A DNA stretch of 64,000 bases from Octopus sinensis (GCF_006345805.1 NC_042999.1:133672001-133736000), one strand, 5' to 3'; counted from the stretch's first letter, positions 39,751 through 54,447 are shown. Notes: a model not told the origin generated them from the sequence alone. A program made the numbers and translations.

Positions 39751-39982
39751 GATGACAAGGGATTGTTTCTTGTGATGTACCCAGAAGATTGTTTACTTAT
39801 AAAATTTCAAATGCTGTTTCCTCTGTAAAAATTATACGTCTATAGAAACGCTTTAGTATTGTAATGGTTAAAATTCACTCAGGTTAAGAGGGTAAGAAAA
39901 AGTAGACCGCATGCTAAAACTAATTTCACCGCGTAGACAGCACGCTATTGCAGGATACTGAGGTAGACCGCATGCTAATGTA

Positions 39983-40019
<37 letters not shown>

Positions 40020-40705
40020 CGCGCGCGCGTGTGTGTGTGTGTGTAAATATAGAGGAGTGGCTGTGTGGTAAGATGCTTGCTTCTGGTATAGCCTTTTGTC
40101 AGCTGGATTGTAGATTTTGAGTGTAACACCTGTGACTTTTGGTTGTCTTGGCGGTGCGACGTTTTTTCCATTAAACAATGGAGGAGCGTCGGGTGGGGAG
40201 TAGCGAAAGTTTGAATTGTTCCGCTTCAGACTTTGTAAACTGCCCTTCTTCGGACTTTGTGTCATCTGAGGAAGAAATGGTGGAATGTTTAAAGAAGATA
40301 GATGAAGTGATAGAGACGAAGAATTAAAAGTGAGGGGAAAGAAGTAAAGGTGCTTCCCCCCACAAAGAAGTAATCATGCACAAAACGACAGCTTTGAAAT
40401 CGTGTTTCTTGACTGGGTGAAATGATCAAACTTTAAAAATTCATACTTTTTAAAAACAATTTTCTGGAGAAAGTTGAATAACTCCAGCAATTTAGCTTGG
40501 AAAAGTACGTTATGTGCCAAATTCTAAAATTTTCGATAAACTTTAATTTTTGAAATGCTGGCAGCCAAACGAACTAGATCCGTATTTGCTCCAGTAAAGA
40601 CGTGTCGTCTGACTCGGCTCTATTGAATTCTTCTTCTCTTTGGGAATACCATACTGCCTTTCGAACGCCGTCTTAGAAATTCGTTTTCACATTTTCACTT
40701 TACTG

Positions 40706-41944
40706 ATGCCTCCCGTCAAAACAATTTATCGACAGTACAGTAGTGATTATTTATCGTTTGGATTTATTCACTCTCCTCAGAACTGTCAGTTGCCAATGTG
40801 CCTTCTTTGCCATAAGTCTCACTCAATTGGAGAATCATTGCTTCGCCCAGTTATCGAAGAGGTTTTGTCAACCGTTATGCACGAAAAACCCGATATCAGT
40901 ATGATGATCTCACTTAGTAATAACACAATTTCTCGACGCACCGATGAAATGGCCAGCGATGTCAAACATCAGCTCATTAATATTCTCCAGCGTTCTGAAT
41001 TTTCTATATAAGTGGATGAGTCTACTGTTGTGGACAATCAATGTTTGTTGATGGTATATGTTGAGTATAGCAGCGAAAACCTTCGACCTTGTGAGGAAAT
41101 GCTGCTCACAGAGAAATTTCCGCTTGATTCAAAAAGTGCAACTATTTTTCACACTCTCAAGTCTTTCCTTTTTGAACATACTAACCCACTCAGTAATATT
41201 CCTGTGCGTCTGATGGATCCCCTTCGATGATAGGAAGATAAAGATATTTTTCATCTCTCCTAAAGCGTGAAATTTCCCACCAGATACTAACTGTTCGTTG
41301 CTTGGCACACCGGTATCATTTAGTGGCAAAAAAAAGAAAAAAATGAACAGTAGATTGAATGATGCGTTAGTTATCAAGACTGTGAACAAATTGAAGTCCA
41401 GTCTCTTGTCTGATCGAATTTTCCATCAACTCTGTCTAAGAAATGATGAGGACCATACTAAACTCTTATACCCTACAGAAGTGCGGTGGCTGTCAAAAGG
41501 AAACTGCGTTTTACACTTTGTTGAACTGTTTCATATTATCATATCTTTCTTTGAAGATACTCCACTATCCGCTTCATTGATGGCTGCGATATATTTTTTC
41601 TTTGTGATATATTCACAAAATTAAATGATTTGAATAAGTTATTGCAAGGAGACAGAAAAACACCTGTTGATTGTAAATCATTTATCACTACTTTCATTTC
41701 AAAATTGGTGTTGTATAAAACTAACATTTCAAAACGTCAGTTCCATCAATTTCCACAACTTGATTCTTTGAAAGATGAATTGATTGATGAGGATTTAACT
41801 ACATATCGCAACTATTTACAATCATTGCACGATAACACGGTGGAGCGATTTCAAGATGTTATTCTGCTGAATATTTCAAATTGGTATAGCAATCCGTTTG
41901 AGGTCGATGCAGTCAATTTCGAGGATGATGTTCAGGAGGAATAA
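40706..41944 (+). pseudogene. Decayed Buster/Charlie-type hAT transposase (ZBED5/SCAND3/FAM200-like)
   Basis: RQYSSDYLSFGF..PMCLLC (truncated BED finger), IGESLLRP, SLSNNTISRRTDEMA, EFSI*MDEST, LLYPTEVRWLSKG, FISKL..FHQFPQL, ERFQD. Multiple stops, frameshifts and deletions. Confidence 0.9.
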
Positions 41945-42539
41945 AAAATTCCATATGTGGCTGAAGAGTGCTCTACATTTTAAAACTGATGTATACTTAC
42001 ATTGTTTAATTAAATGAAGTAGCATGAAACGATTGTACTACACTACCTTTGGATATCCTTGTTACTTATTTTGATTATAATCACCTCGTTTGATTTATAT
42101 GGATAATACCATATCAAATTCTGGTACCTTTAACTTAAGTACTATATTCATCTGAATCTAAATTTTTGCTGAACTTATATATATATATAGAGAGAGAGGG
42201 GGGAGGGAGAGAGAGAGAAAATGAGAGAGAGAGTGAGAGAGAAAGAAAGACAGACAGACAGTGTGTGTGTGTGAGAGAGAGAGAGGTCAGTGCTAAGTAC
42301 ACGAACTTTGAGAGGTTGTTGTATAAAACTTCATGTTCCTCTCTCTCAGTTCCCAAACCCTTTACTCTGACTCTTTTCTGATCACGAGCTGTAGCTCTAA
42401 TGAGGACATGTAAAAGTTTCTCCAAATCGAACCCATTTAAATGCAGCATTTATAGCTCCCTTCTTGACATTGTCTACACTTAGTAACCGCTCTTCTAGCT
42501 ATTGAATTATTGATCGGCTTCATTATCTCCTTTAATCTT

Positions 42540-43700
42540 AACTGTTTCACGCCATCTGACATCAATCAACTCTTAATCATCAACGTGGACAAGACTTCTT
42601 TCAGTTTGCTGGACAACACCCACTAGCATATATCAGTCGAGCGGATCAACTAATCATCATTTAAATGGACCAGTTTGATAGCCAAAATCTCACCACCTGC
42701 TACACTAGTACCTTTTTTTTACCAGATACGTGGACTGCGTACTTTTTCCGGTCACAGTTCTAGTGAAGAATACTACTCGATACTGGAGAAATTTGCGGGC
42801 AATAATAAGCACGCGATATTCAGCACTGAATACTCCTGCAACATTGGATTCCTCTCTCTACTTGACGCTCAACTCAAATTCAAGGGGAGAGATTTTACGA
42901 GAAATTTGACAGCAGTAATCTGTTCGTCCACCTCATTCAGATCAACCCTGCGCCTATTATTGCTAAAAACGGGTACGTAAGAATCATCTTGTTCCCCCAC
43001 ACTCAGCGAAGATGCAGCGAAACAGAAAAAACGAACCATCCAATGCCACACACTTCCAAAAGCTGCCGGTTGTCAACGATACTTGGCATCCGTTACCAGA
43101 AACTTTCAGAAGTCCATGTCAAGGAAAAGGGAAAAAATTTTCCAATGCCAGTCTTCAGAAGTTACCACACTTCAGGGAAAGTATAACTACTGCTTTACAC
43201 TAGGCCATCCATAGAGAAGTTCTAAGGATACTGCTGCCTTCTCACACCGAGTATTCCCAACGAGTATACTAATGAAAGAAACTGCTCCCTCACTCACAGA
43301 AACCTATCCACATTGACTAGTTCTTCAATCCACAACAGTTGCGTACTTATGACATAAATACTACAAATGTTACATTAGCAGCACTATATGGCCATTAAAT
43401 ATCCGAATCAAATAAACGTCTCAAAACATGTGCACAATTTCTTAGAAATAAGAACCTCGTAGTTACCATTAAAAGTTGTAGACCAGTTACCTGCAGGTAA
43501 AAGAAGTAACTATGATGAAGAAATTCGAATCAACAATGAACAAGTGGCTTGAAGTAAATGTGCGCCCAAAAATACTGTGAAGACAACTCTCAATACGTGA
43601 CTGAATTCCCCTTCGCACACAAGACACTCCAAACTGGTACTTGGAGCATCGAACTTAAATCCAGATCTGAGTATTTATAACATGGCAATTCGAATATCAT
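42540..43700 (+). pseudogene. Heavily decayed PLE RT and GIY-YIG remnant
   Basis: TRYVDC (RYVDD) near 42722, then EEYYSILEKF..NKHAIFSTEYS..FLSLLD (N..HP.IKFT.E...FLD) and LPVVNDTWHP (PLV.TYHP). Confidence 0.65.
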
Positions 43701-44574
43701 ACGCAAAGCTTCGGCACGCCAATCGAATGGTTACGTAATATATATCTTTTTTGTCATCACACCTTTTGTAAAATAATTGATACTAACAAGAATAATTAAA
43801 TATTTCTAAGATAAAATATTAGTATTTGGGACAGTACGTAGGCCTTGGAGCACATGTCCATACTGTGAACTGGACAGTCGGTCAATGCACACGCACACAC
43901 GTTCACACACACACGTTCACACACACACACACACATACACACACACACACACACTCACTCACGCTTCAATGTAAGCTATGGTGTGTATATTTCTCTAGGT
44001 TTGAGCCTAATTTATTAATTACTCCGTAATGCAATGCCGCATTTTAAGATAAATTCTTGTAAAATATACAGGTTGATCTTTTGTTAAATATAGAAATGTC
44101 AAAAATTGCTATGTTAATTAAATTCAATTAATTGAAATCTTTAATTAAAATCTTCTATTAATATGCAGTTCTGAATATAACTAATCAGAACTCTTCTGAC
44201 TTTCCACATGGTCCTTTTTGTATCTTAATTTTCAGCGTCTGAATTTTAAAAAATGTACTGAATCCCATCCCCTACATGTTGCAGTCCCCAGCAATTTCCT
44301 ACCCATCTACATGTTTACACATGTAACAACCTACAGGATTTTCAACTAAATATTAATCACTTTAACCAGTTTGGGAAGTTCTGCAAAGACCAAATATGCG
44401 AACTCCTACTAACTAGTAAATAAAAAAAACTAGAACCACTATTCCACCATTACCAACAATATCAATACCACCACTACAATTAATGATAGGTCCTCCATCG
44501 CTTTCGACGATTGGTATTCAGATGTTCCAGCAACTGCCCCTCCTGCTCATTAAATTGATTTCAAATTTTGGTGC

Positions 44575-44766
44575 AAGGCCAGCAATTTTGGGCCAGGGGT
44601 AAAGTTAATTGCATCGATATCAGTGTTCAACGGGTACTTACTTTATCGACCCCGACAGGAAGAAAAAGAAAGTCAACCTCAGTGGAATTTGAACTCAGAA
44701 CGTTGAGACGGACGAAATCTGCTAAGCATTTTGACCAGAGCACTAACAATCTGCCAACTCACCGCC
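44575..44766 (-). mobile_element. SINE family A, older copy
   Basis: The core and head are recognisable. Confidence 0.8.
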
Positions 44767-45359
44767 ATATCCGGCTTATTATACTAACATATTAAGAGGT
44801 TGAGTATTCCCAAGCATGTGATAATATGTGGCAAAGCCGGACTTTTGAATTACATTCATACGGCATCGGAGGCCTTGTGGTTGCTAAAGTGATTTGACCG
44901 ACATCTCATGCAGTGGGATACATTACAAAGACCACGTGATTTCCATGTAAATTTCTTTATTACTGAACCTGTCTGCGGCCATAAACACCATTACTTTGAC
45001 CACCACCACCACCACCACATTTACGTCACTTTTACCATTAACGTTAACTTTATTAACGCATAAAAGCCTAATCCTCCTCCTCCCCCTCCTCCTCCTCCTC
45101 CTCATCATCATCATCATCATCATCAACATCCCTAGCAACAGGAAGCAGTGAACGGGGAGATTTTGCGTGCTTTCTTTGACCAGCCAGAAATAGTAGCCGA
45201 ATCGTCCTCAAATTACATCCAACTGTCTTAGGCACGGATCCATGAATAACATAGTCATACCTTCTGTTCGGTCAGGACTGACCTGGGGCTAAACTGCGAC
45301 AACTATAACAACAAATAGAAAAGCAGCGACTGACGTTGTTGCTGTCACCATAACTAGCG

Positions 45360-46380
45360 ACACCACCCCTACCACTACAATCCACCACCATAGCAACAAC
45401 AATACTATCGCCAACACTACACCATCGCCATATCAACACTACCCCATCCTAACACCACCACCATCCCAATACCACCGCCATCCCAACACCACCAGCACCA
45501 CATCACCATCACCACCACATCACCACCGCTAAACTAACATCACCGCCACCTCAAAATCACCACCGCCCCAACACCACCACCACCGCCACCCCAAAACCAA
45601 TGCCACCTCACTGCCGTCGCCACCACATTACTTTCACACACCTCGAAACCATTGCCACCCCAACACTACTGCCACTCCAGCACCACCACCACCCCGACAC
45701 CAATGCCACACCACCGCCACCACATTACCTTCACACACCTCGAAACCATCTCCACCCCAGCACCACTGCCAATCCACCACCACCACCATCGCCACTCCAA
45801 CACCGCTATTACCACATTAGAATCCCCGCCCTAACACGGCCGCTTCCACTTCACCATCACCACCCCAACCCCACTGCCACCTCATCACCACTACCACCAC
45901 CCCACCACAACATCGCTGCCACACCACCACTTCACATCTTTAGCCGCCGCCGCCGCCGACAAAACACCAGTGCTGCTCCACCAACAGCACCACCACCTCA
46001 ACTCTACCTCTACAACAGCATCGCCAATTCAACACCAATGTCAGCATAACACCTTCCCAACCCAGCCACCACGACATCACTGCGGCTACCCCAACACCAC
46101 TGACGCCGCTACAACACCTCCCCAGCCGCCGCCAAATATAACAATAACACTACATTCAACTTAGTAGTACTAGCACCAACTCCAAACGGTGTCACCAACA
46201 CCGATGTCATCATAAATTCCAACATCACCACTGCACCCCCGCCCCAACACAGTAGCATTTCCAACACTCACTGTTACAACTACCACCAACACTATCATGA
46301 CCATCAACGCTATCAACACCACCACCAACACATACGCCAAAAACGCCAACACAAAACACACACTTAACCATCAATAACCA
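45360..46380. repeat. ~1-kb cryptic (ACC/CCA)-rich low-complexity tract
   Basis: Degenerate trinucleotide array with an internal 97-bp-period duplication (units starting at 45618 and 45715). Confidence 0.9.
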
Positions 46381-48239
46381 CAAGAACAAGTGATTTAAAG
46401 GAAGACGTGTCGCGAGTTGAATAGCTTGTGTGCATGTGTACATGAATAGGTGTATGTATGTATGTATATATGTATCATGTATGTATGTGTGTGTGTGTCT
46501 GTGTTTGAACCGAGGTGTGTGGCAAGAAAATGCAGTGTGTGTGGGTATGTGAATGTTCTACTTCTGTGTGTGCACGTGTGTGTGTGTCTGCTGGTGATTA
46601 TATAGAATAAAGGAGCGTACAAAAGAAATCAAAGAATATGAAGCTTGCTTAAGAAGCTAGGTTGAGCTTTCTAATCCTGTGACAGTGCGAAAAGAACATT
46701 AAAACAAAATCAACAACAATAACAACAACAACAACAACAGTAACAACAACAACAAAAAACAGCAACAACAACAACAACAAGATTGAAGTATGCCCCAGGA
46801 GTGTTAAGGCTGGTGTTGGTGATAGCTAACAATATTGACAAGGCGGAGATCAATACAATTTGACTGAGCTGCTTGTAGAATTTCATGTGTGTCAAAACTG
46901 AGAGCGAAGTTGCTGGGACTGATATTAATTCAACACGTTAGCATAAGTACATAACAGGATTATGTCGACAGCGAGAGAGCAAGGGGAAAGAGAGAGACAG
47001 AGACAGACATAAGATATACATATAGATGAAGAGAGAGAGAAAGAGAAAGAATGAGTGAGAGTTAAACTGCCTGTATATGGAGCTGGGTGAAGTGTAAGAA
47101 AGATTTATGTATCTATGGAGAGGCTGCTATCACCTATAACATTACTACTACTACTACTACTACTAACATCACCATTGCCCTCACTACCACCACTACCGCC
47201 GCCACCAACAATACCACCACCACCACCACCACCACCAAAACCACCGCCTCCACCGCCACCACTGCCACCCCACCCTCGCCGCCGCTGGTGCAGCCATAAG
47301 TACAAGCACCATCAACACTTTCCCGATCACCACCATTTTCAGCACCTCTATCAGTATCCTCTACTTACCATGAACCAACGAAGGCGCCTCTATGTGTGTG
47401 TATATTGGTCATGGTGGTGGTCATCCTATTTGCTAGAAATAGCATCTAAATCTACTTCAAATCACATGCTACCGTCTTCCCGAAAGAAAAAGAAAACGAT
47501 GGGCAACCGCTGTTAGTGTTTTTATATCCCCGTATCTTGGCGATCCTACATAAGGTAGAGATTGAATGAATACCTGACTTAAAAGAATATATATATATAT
47601 ATTCAAAGCGCTGCCCCAGCATAGCCACAGTCTAATGACTGAAACAAGTAAAAGATAAAATATGCTATTTAGCCCCAGGTTAGCCTTAATCGAGTAAAAC
47701 CACAATGAAAAATGCTCCAGCCTCTTCCGTCGTGTTTTTTTTATCTTACATTGAAGGAACTCAGGACCGTGCTTTCCATTTTGGGGGAAGGTCATAGTCG
47801 ATTCTATCCACTGTTGTACTTAATAAATACTTTATTATATCGATCAGGGTCAGGTGAAAAAGAAAATTGAACGCGGTAATGTTTGAACTTAAAATGCATT
47901 TTGATCACCGCTTTAACGGTTTTGTCAACAGCTACATCTGTAACCTTCTGAAACCTGCTACAACCACGTCAACGTTAGTTATAACCTCAATAAAAGTATC
48001 AAAACCACACAACCACCACCACCACCATCACTACAATAGTTTTTATATATCATCGTATGATGTCTTCGAAATCGAAAATTCATGGATTAGGGTTGTCCAC
48101 GTCGACTGCAGCAACACCGTTCACTAACTGTGACAACAGGAAATGTGCAGACTCTACCCCAGGTTCGACCTCCTTTTTATCCATTCTTCGAATACCTTTT
48201 TATCCATTCTTCGACTACCTTTCCTCCTTAAAAGCAAAC

Positions 48240-49120
48240 CTGAGGGCAATCCCTAAGCATTTTGCCCGGCGTGCCAAGATTCTGCTAGTTCGCTGCCTTC
48301 CTTACAACCTTAATACACCCTACTACCCAAGGCTTCAAATTTGTGAGGAGGGGACTAGTTTATTACATCGACCCCAATGTTTCACTGGTACTTAATTTTT
48401 TCGATCACAAAAGGATGAAAGGCAAAGTCGACCTCGGCGGAATTTGAACTCATAACGTAGCGACAAGCGAAATACCTATTTCTTTACTACCCACAAGGGG
48501 CTAAACACAGAGGGAACAAACAAGGACAGACAATCGGATTAAGACCATTACATCGACCCAGTGCGTAACTGGTACTTAATTTATCGACCACGAAAGGATG
48601 AAAGACAAAGTCGACCTCGGCGGAATTTGAACTCAGAACGTAACGGCATACGAAATACGGCTGCGCATTTCGCCCGGCGTGCTAACGTTTCTCCCAGCTC
48701 GTCGCCTTTTTCATGGCGGTAATAATAACAACCTTTCTACTATAGACACAAAACCTGACATTTTGGGGAAGGGTTGATCGACCTCAGTATGCAAATGGAA
48801 CTTGATTTATCGACCCCGAAACGATGAAAGGCAAAGTCGACCTCAGCGGAATTTGAACTCAGAATGTAGCGACAGGCGAAATACCTATTTCTTTACTACC
48901 CACAAGGGGCTAAACACAGAGAGGACAAACAAGGACAGACAAACGGATTAAGTCGATTACATCGACCCCAGTACGTAACTGGTACTTATTTAATCGACTC
49001 CGAAAGGATGAAAGGCAAAGTCGACCTCGGCGGAATTTGAACTGAGAGCGTAACGGCAGACGAAATACGGCTACGCATTTCGCCCGGCGTGCTAACGTTT
49101 CTGCCAGCTCGCCGCCTTTT
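48240..49120 (-). mobile_element. Cluster of SINE-A copies: two old/young dimers plus a head fragment
   Basis: Junctions gcgaaatac|ctatttctttactaccc at 48475/48476 and 48884/48885. Confidence 0.9.
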
Positions 49121-49311
49121 ACACAACTGTGATAATAATAACAAGTCGAACCACAATGGTCACAACGAGCAGAAAAAAATCTACACCATCAGCAAACCAT
49201 GATCACAGCGAACACGAGCGCCAGCAACAACAGCAATAACAACAAATAAACAGCGACACCTGTCATAATAATAATTTGAAATTTTGGCACCAAAACCAGT
49301 AATTTTAAGCT

Positions 49312-49515
49312 TAGCGGTATTTCGCCAGTCGCTACGTTCTGAGCTCAAATTCCGCCGAAGTCGACTTTGCCTTTCATTCTTTTGGGGTTGCGTACTTATT
49401 TTATCGACCCCGAAGTATTAATGGTAAAGTCGATCGGCAGCATTTGAACTCAGAACGTAAATACGGAAGAAATCCCGCTAAACATTTTGTCCGGCGTGCT
49501 GCCGGTTCTGCCAGG
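49312..49515. mobile_element. Rearranged SINE-A fragments (plus-strand piece followed by minus-strand piece)
   Basis: cggtatttcgccagtcgctacgttctgagctcaaattccgcc (+), then ttatcgaccccgaag...gaactcagaacgt...cggcgtgct (-). Confidence 0.7.
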
Positions 49516-49534
49516 TCATTTTGTTTTCTGCTAT

Positions 49535-49738
49535 AGGCAAAAAGTCTGGGATTTTGGGGTGGGGGATAGTAGACTTCATCGGCTCCAGTGCTCAACTGGT
49601 ACTTATTTTATCGAACTCGAAAGGATGAAGGGAAACGTCTACCCCGACAGCATTTGAACTTACAATGTAAAATGCAAGAAGAAACGTCGCTAAGCACTTT
49701 AGCCGCCGCTGTGAAAGATTCTTCCAGTTCGTCGCCTT
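49535..49738 (-). mobile_element. SINE family A, old copy
   Basis: Diverged core and head. Confidence 0.75.
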
Positions 49739-50275
49739 AGACACAATAATAAAAATAAAAACAAGGAGTCACATGATTGGAATCAAACGTTATAAGATTC
49801 ATAGATTTAGTGTCAGAATTGGAAAGACATCAAAATAATCGTTAATCTAACATATTCTAACAAGTACAGTTGTTGTAGCTGTCGTTTGCATTATATATCA
49901 TGACTTCAGTGAGACTGCCATTGATACTGCACAGCTTAACTGGGTATAAATGCGCAGGGTTCAATTTATCTTCATACAAAGTGATAGATAGATAGAGAGA
50001 TAAATAGATAGATAGATATGTTTCTTTATTAGCCGCACAGGACTGAACACAGAGGGGACAAATTACAAAGTGGAGATTTTCTTTTTGTGGAGAAAAAAGT
50101 GGGGGTAGGTTTTCGATCAAAAGGGATCGTAAAAAAAACGATCACTAGGGATCGTGTTGATAGATAGATATATAGATATAGATAAATAGATGCACACACG
50201 CATATATATTTGCCATGATAGATCGTTAGCCACTAAACCTTTTTGTACTTTCTCTCTCTGTTTATTTCTGTGTTC

Positions 50276-50311
50276 CTTTCTGTCGAAGAGCGTAGGCTCG
50301 AAAAGTAAAAG
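50276..50311 (+). ncRNA. Minimal hammerhead-like motif, A6U variant, in a pseudo-LTR-like repeat (~50215-50400; partial second copy at 55740-55815)
   Basis: CTTT-CTGTCGA-A-GAGC-GTAG-GCTC-GAAA-A-GTA-AAAG. Confidence 0.55.
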
Positions 50312-50470
50312 ACTTTCTCACTTCCCGAGCGTTAAACTAACACATCTGTTTGATGTTTACACACCCGTCTTTGTCTTTTGATTTTTTTAAAAATTCGCAC
50401 TATATCTATATATACATACATAATATACATACATTATATATATATATATGTATGTATACATATGTATGTG

Positions 50471-50599
<129 letters not shown>

Positions 50600-50702
50600 T
50601 ATATACTATTATATATATGTGTATGTATGCGTGGGTGCATCTATCGACCTATACATACATACATACATACTACATACATACATACATACATACACACACA
50701 CA

Positions 50703-50738
<36 letters not shown>

Positions 50739-50934
50739 CACACATATATATATATATATAGAGAGAGAGATAGATAGATATACATACATTCATGCATACG
50801 TACATACATGCATATAATGACTTTGTTCCAGGATTGTGTTTAGATGGACGTGTCCTACGCGCCGCCGAATGTTTAAGTCACGTGGTACTTATTCAAATTG
50901 TTATTGAATACATAACTCCTACCAAATGTGTTGA

Positions 50935-51205
50935 GTGTTACTTATTTTTATTCAGTCTGTTACTTATCTTACCCGTCTTTTTTGCCGAGCCCTTAGCAGG
51001 CACAAATTAGCACACACGTATATGTATGTATGTGTATGTTTGTGTGTGTTGACGACGGACTTCCTTCCGTTTCTGTTTATCAAATGCACTCACAAGGCTT
51101 TAGTAGGCCCAGGGCTATATTAGAAGATACTTCCCCAAAGTGCTACACAGTTTGACTGAACCGGAATCTTGGCCGTAGAGAGCAAACACCTTACCACACA
51201 AACAC
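50935..51205 (-). mobile_element. SINE family B, diverged
   Basis: Family-B motifs cactcacaaggcttt..tagaagatactt.ccc..ttaccacac. Confidence 0.7.
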
Positions 51206-51269
51206 TATCTTCCTATGTCGTAAAAAGTTCCCTAAATTTGCAAACTTAAACATTCCACGCTATTGCTCC

Positions 51270-51270
<1 letters not shown>

Positions 51271-51300
<30 letters not shown>

Positions 51301-51720
51301 GTCATTTAACGTCCGCTTTCCATGCTAGCATGGGTTGGACGGTTCGACTGGGGATCTGGGAAGCCAGATGGCTTCACCAGGCTCCAGTCTGATCTGGCAG
51401 TGTTTCTACAGCTGGGTGCCCTTCCTAACGCCAACCACTCCGTGAGTGTAGTGGGTGCTTTTTACGATCCACCGGCACAGGTGCCAGGCGAAGCTGGCAA
51501 CGGCCACGATCGGATTGGTGCTTTTTACATGCCACCGGCACAGGGATCACAACTGCAGTTTCCATTGATTTTTTTATGTTGGTGTACTTGACTCAATGGA
51601 TCTCGTCAAGCATAGGGTCGAAACGGTGTTTCTTTACTTGCCACCTGCACAGGAGTCAGTCCAGCGGCACTGGCAACTGCTGCGTGCCAGTCATAGGATT
51701 GGTTCAATTTCGATTCCGAT
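51271..51720 (-). mobile_element. SINE family C (RTE-like 3' tail with (ATG)n)
   Basis: (cat)n-ttaacgtccgctttccatgctagcatgggttggacgg. The internal motif ggtgctttttac..ccaccggcacag is repeated. A partial plus-strand copy lies at 55200-55360. Confidence 0.75.
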
Positions 51721-52482
51721 TTCACTAGTTGAATTTGCTCTAGTTTGACAAAATGATATTTGTTCAGTCATTGTTGCCCTGTTATATTCTATCATCATAA
51801 CCAATATAAATTTTCTTGTGTAATCGCTAAGCATAATCGAAAATAACTATAGGTATATTCTACTGTTCTGAAGTGTTATCATAGTTTAAACATCGACATA
51901 CATAGCTGTTGTATAGCAGTAAAATTATATTTACTAAATGTTATAGCTTTTAAGATAAAACATTGTTATTATCCACGAAAACTTCAAAATGTATTTATAA
52001 TCGATCTGACGAAATGTCACGATGTATTGTTTATTTATAGAAAAATTTTCGAAAGAGATTACAATTCATATGGAAAGAAATAAAGATTCTACTTTTAGTA
52101 ATACTTGTAATGTGATAAGAACTGCTTTGTTTGAGACAAGAAGGTATTTATATATTCATGTGGAATATTCTAGTAGATAAGATTATCAGCAAAAGCGGCA
52201 TATTTTGGTATTAAATTAGATCATGGAATTTTAAGATTCTTAACTGGTATAAAATTGAATTTTCGTGAGGAATACAGAGGGAGGACGGCTTTGTTCTTAA
52301 AGGTAATTTTTGGAGATTAAATGTGTTATTACGTTGTGTGATCTATTTACCTAGATAACTAGCTGACTATCTCTCATATGCATTCTTACATATAGCCATA
52401 TGTTATGTTATGTATACATACATGTACATATTACGTGCGTGTGAGAATGTACGTGTATATATATATATATATATATATATCA

Positions 52483-52534
<52 letters not shown>

Positions 52535-52551
52535 GTATATATATATATAAT

Positions 52552-52597
<46 letters not shown>

Positions 52598-53914
52598 AAC
52601 ATGCATACGTATATGTATCCTATTTTCATATTTAAATATATGCTTATCTAATTGTATTTACGTACGCATGAACACACCCATGAGAGCGCACACACATATA
52701 TATGTATATACGTTTGTATTATGTGTGTGTGTATGTGTGGTGTGTGTGTGTGTGTTTGTCTGTGTGACTCTGTCTGTGTGTATGTATATGTTGAACCGTG
52801 TCAGTAACCAGGTTGTAGTTGATGCGACGAAAGCGCTACCACCAAATAGCATGTTTTACTGAAGTTAATAGTGACCGTGTGTTTTTGAATGGCTAGTATG
52901 TGTCTCTCATGCTGTAAATGTTTTCATTTCAACTCACCGTTAATAAAAAGAAAACCAAGAAAACGAATGTATGCCATAATGGATGAAACAAAGATTATAC
53001 TGGATAAACGAATCTTCCCTTCACATCGGGAACGAGATTAACATCTCATCGACAACAAATACGAGATATTAGGACTTGACATATTCCATACAGTGAATAT
53101 CTAGACATTTGTACAACAAACAAAATCCTCTAGACTCCTAGTTTTCCCACTTTACGAATGTATATACAATACGACAGACCAAACACGAAGAAAATATTAA
53201 AAAATGCAAACTGCAGCTGAACAGGCGATAAAAGCATAAACACATATACAATTTGTCATCCCCTGTGAGTGTTATTCATTGTTATATGAAAATCCCGCCG
53301 TTGAAAGTTAATTTGACCTTACATCTGCTCGGTAATATGAATAGGGATATTACTGCGAGGACTAGCTAGTATCTGAACCAATTTTACAAAATTATATTTA
53401 TATGCTGACATCCAAATTACTCAACTTATCTACTTTAACTCACCATGACTTTGTCATATATACATTTTTTTTACTTCTCGATCTTCAGTCGAACACTTTT
53501 CTTAAACATTACTTCATTTTAAACAAATTTCATCTCCTTACAAACATCTTTCTCTGTTGTCAGCGAAAGTAAGCTACAGTTTTATTATATAAACTCTCCA
53601 AATTTGCAAGAAAATCCTTTCGCTAAAGTTGTATGTACGACTCTCTCCTCCCCACAAAAGTGATTACAGCTACAAAAAATTCCGGAGCGACCGTCAACCG
53701 GCATCGCTATTGTACTGACTGTTCCATGGCACATCTACTCGGTTAAATCTTTGACATCACCTAAATGCTTGGCTATCACATGACATTAATACATGCGCCT
53801 AGCAAAGAACTGATCGAAAAATTCCCTAACTTCACCAAGTGACTATCTTCGACCAATCAATCTGTAAGCTAAGGGATATTCATCTAAGGCATATTCGTTT
53901 CAAATGCACTCTCG

Positions 53915-54067
53915 TGGGAGAGAGTTAGTCGATTACATGGAGCCTTAGTACTTAGCTGGTACTTATTATACCAAGGATGAAAAGCAAAGTCAATCTCGGT
54001 GGAATTTGATCTCGGAACGTAAAGACAGACGAAACGCCTCTAAACATTTTTAACCGGCGTGCTAACA
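53915..54067 (-). mobile_element. SINE family A fragment
   Basis: Core and partial head. Confidence 0.7.
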
Positions 54068-54447
54068 ATAAGCAAGAGCACTCAGAGAGAACAAACCTCC
54101 GCTAAGGCAACACTAACGTCCTCTCAACGCTTAGTCAGAGATGATTTTTAAAATGAGAATATCTGAAATAAGCTCGATTTCCCTCACAAACGAGAATACT
54201 AAAAATGAACCCGACCGCTCTCAAAAATTAAGTAAAAAAGAACAACAGAAAAATAATCCAGAATCTTTGTCTGGTACCGGATCAATCCCCAGATCTATTC
54301 AGTTCGTACCAGTCAGGACGCCAAACTTCCCTGAAAGTTTTATCTGAATCCACCCAGCGGTTCTTGCGATATCATGTCCACAAACAAACAAACAAACAAA
54401 CACAACTGAAAACAATATCTCCACTTTCGCTAAGGCGGAAGGAATTA
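54068..54447. mobile_element. Probable Helentron-associated non-autonomous element (HINE-like)
   Basis: caagagcactcagagag..cctccgctaaggc at one end, (aaac)n microsatellite, then cgctaaggcggaagg. This subterminal inverted-repeat plus microsatellite layout is typical of HINEs. Confidence 0.5.

Noticed and set aside
45600-46164. Pro/Thr/His-rich mucin-like ORFs
   Set aside because: They arise from the cryptic ACC repeat, with similar ORFs in several frames and no signal of real coding.
48300-49120. Repeat-spacer appearance suggestive of CRISPR or a satellite
   Set aside because: The units are 200-bp SINE copies in a eukaryotic context, with no cas genes.
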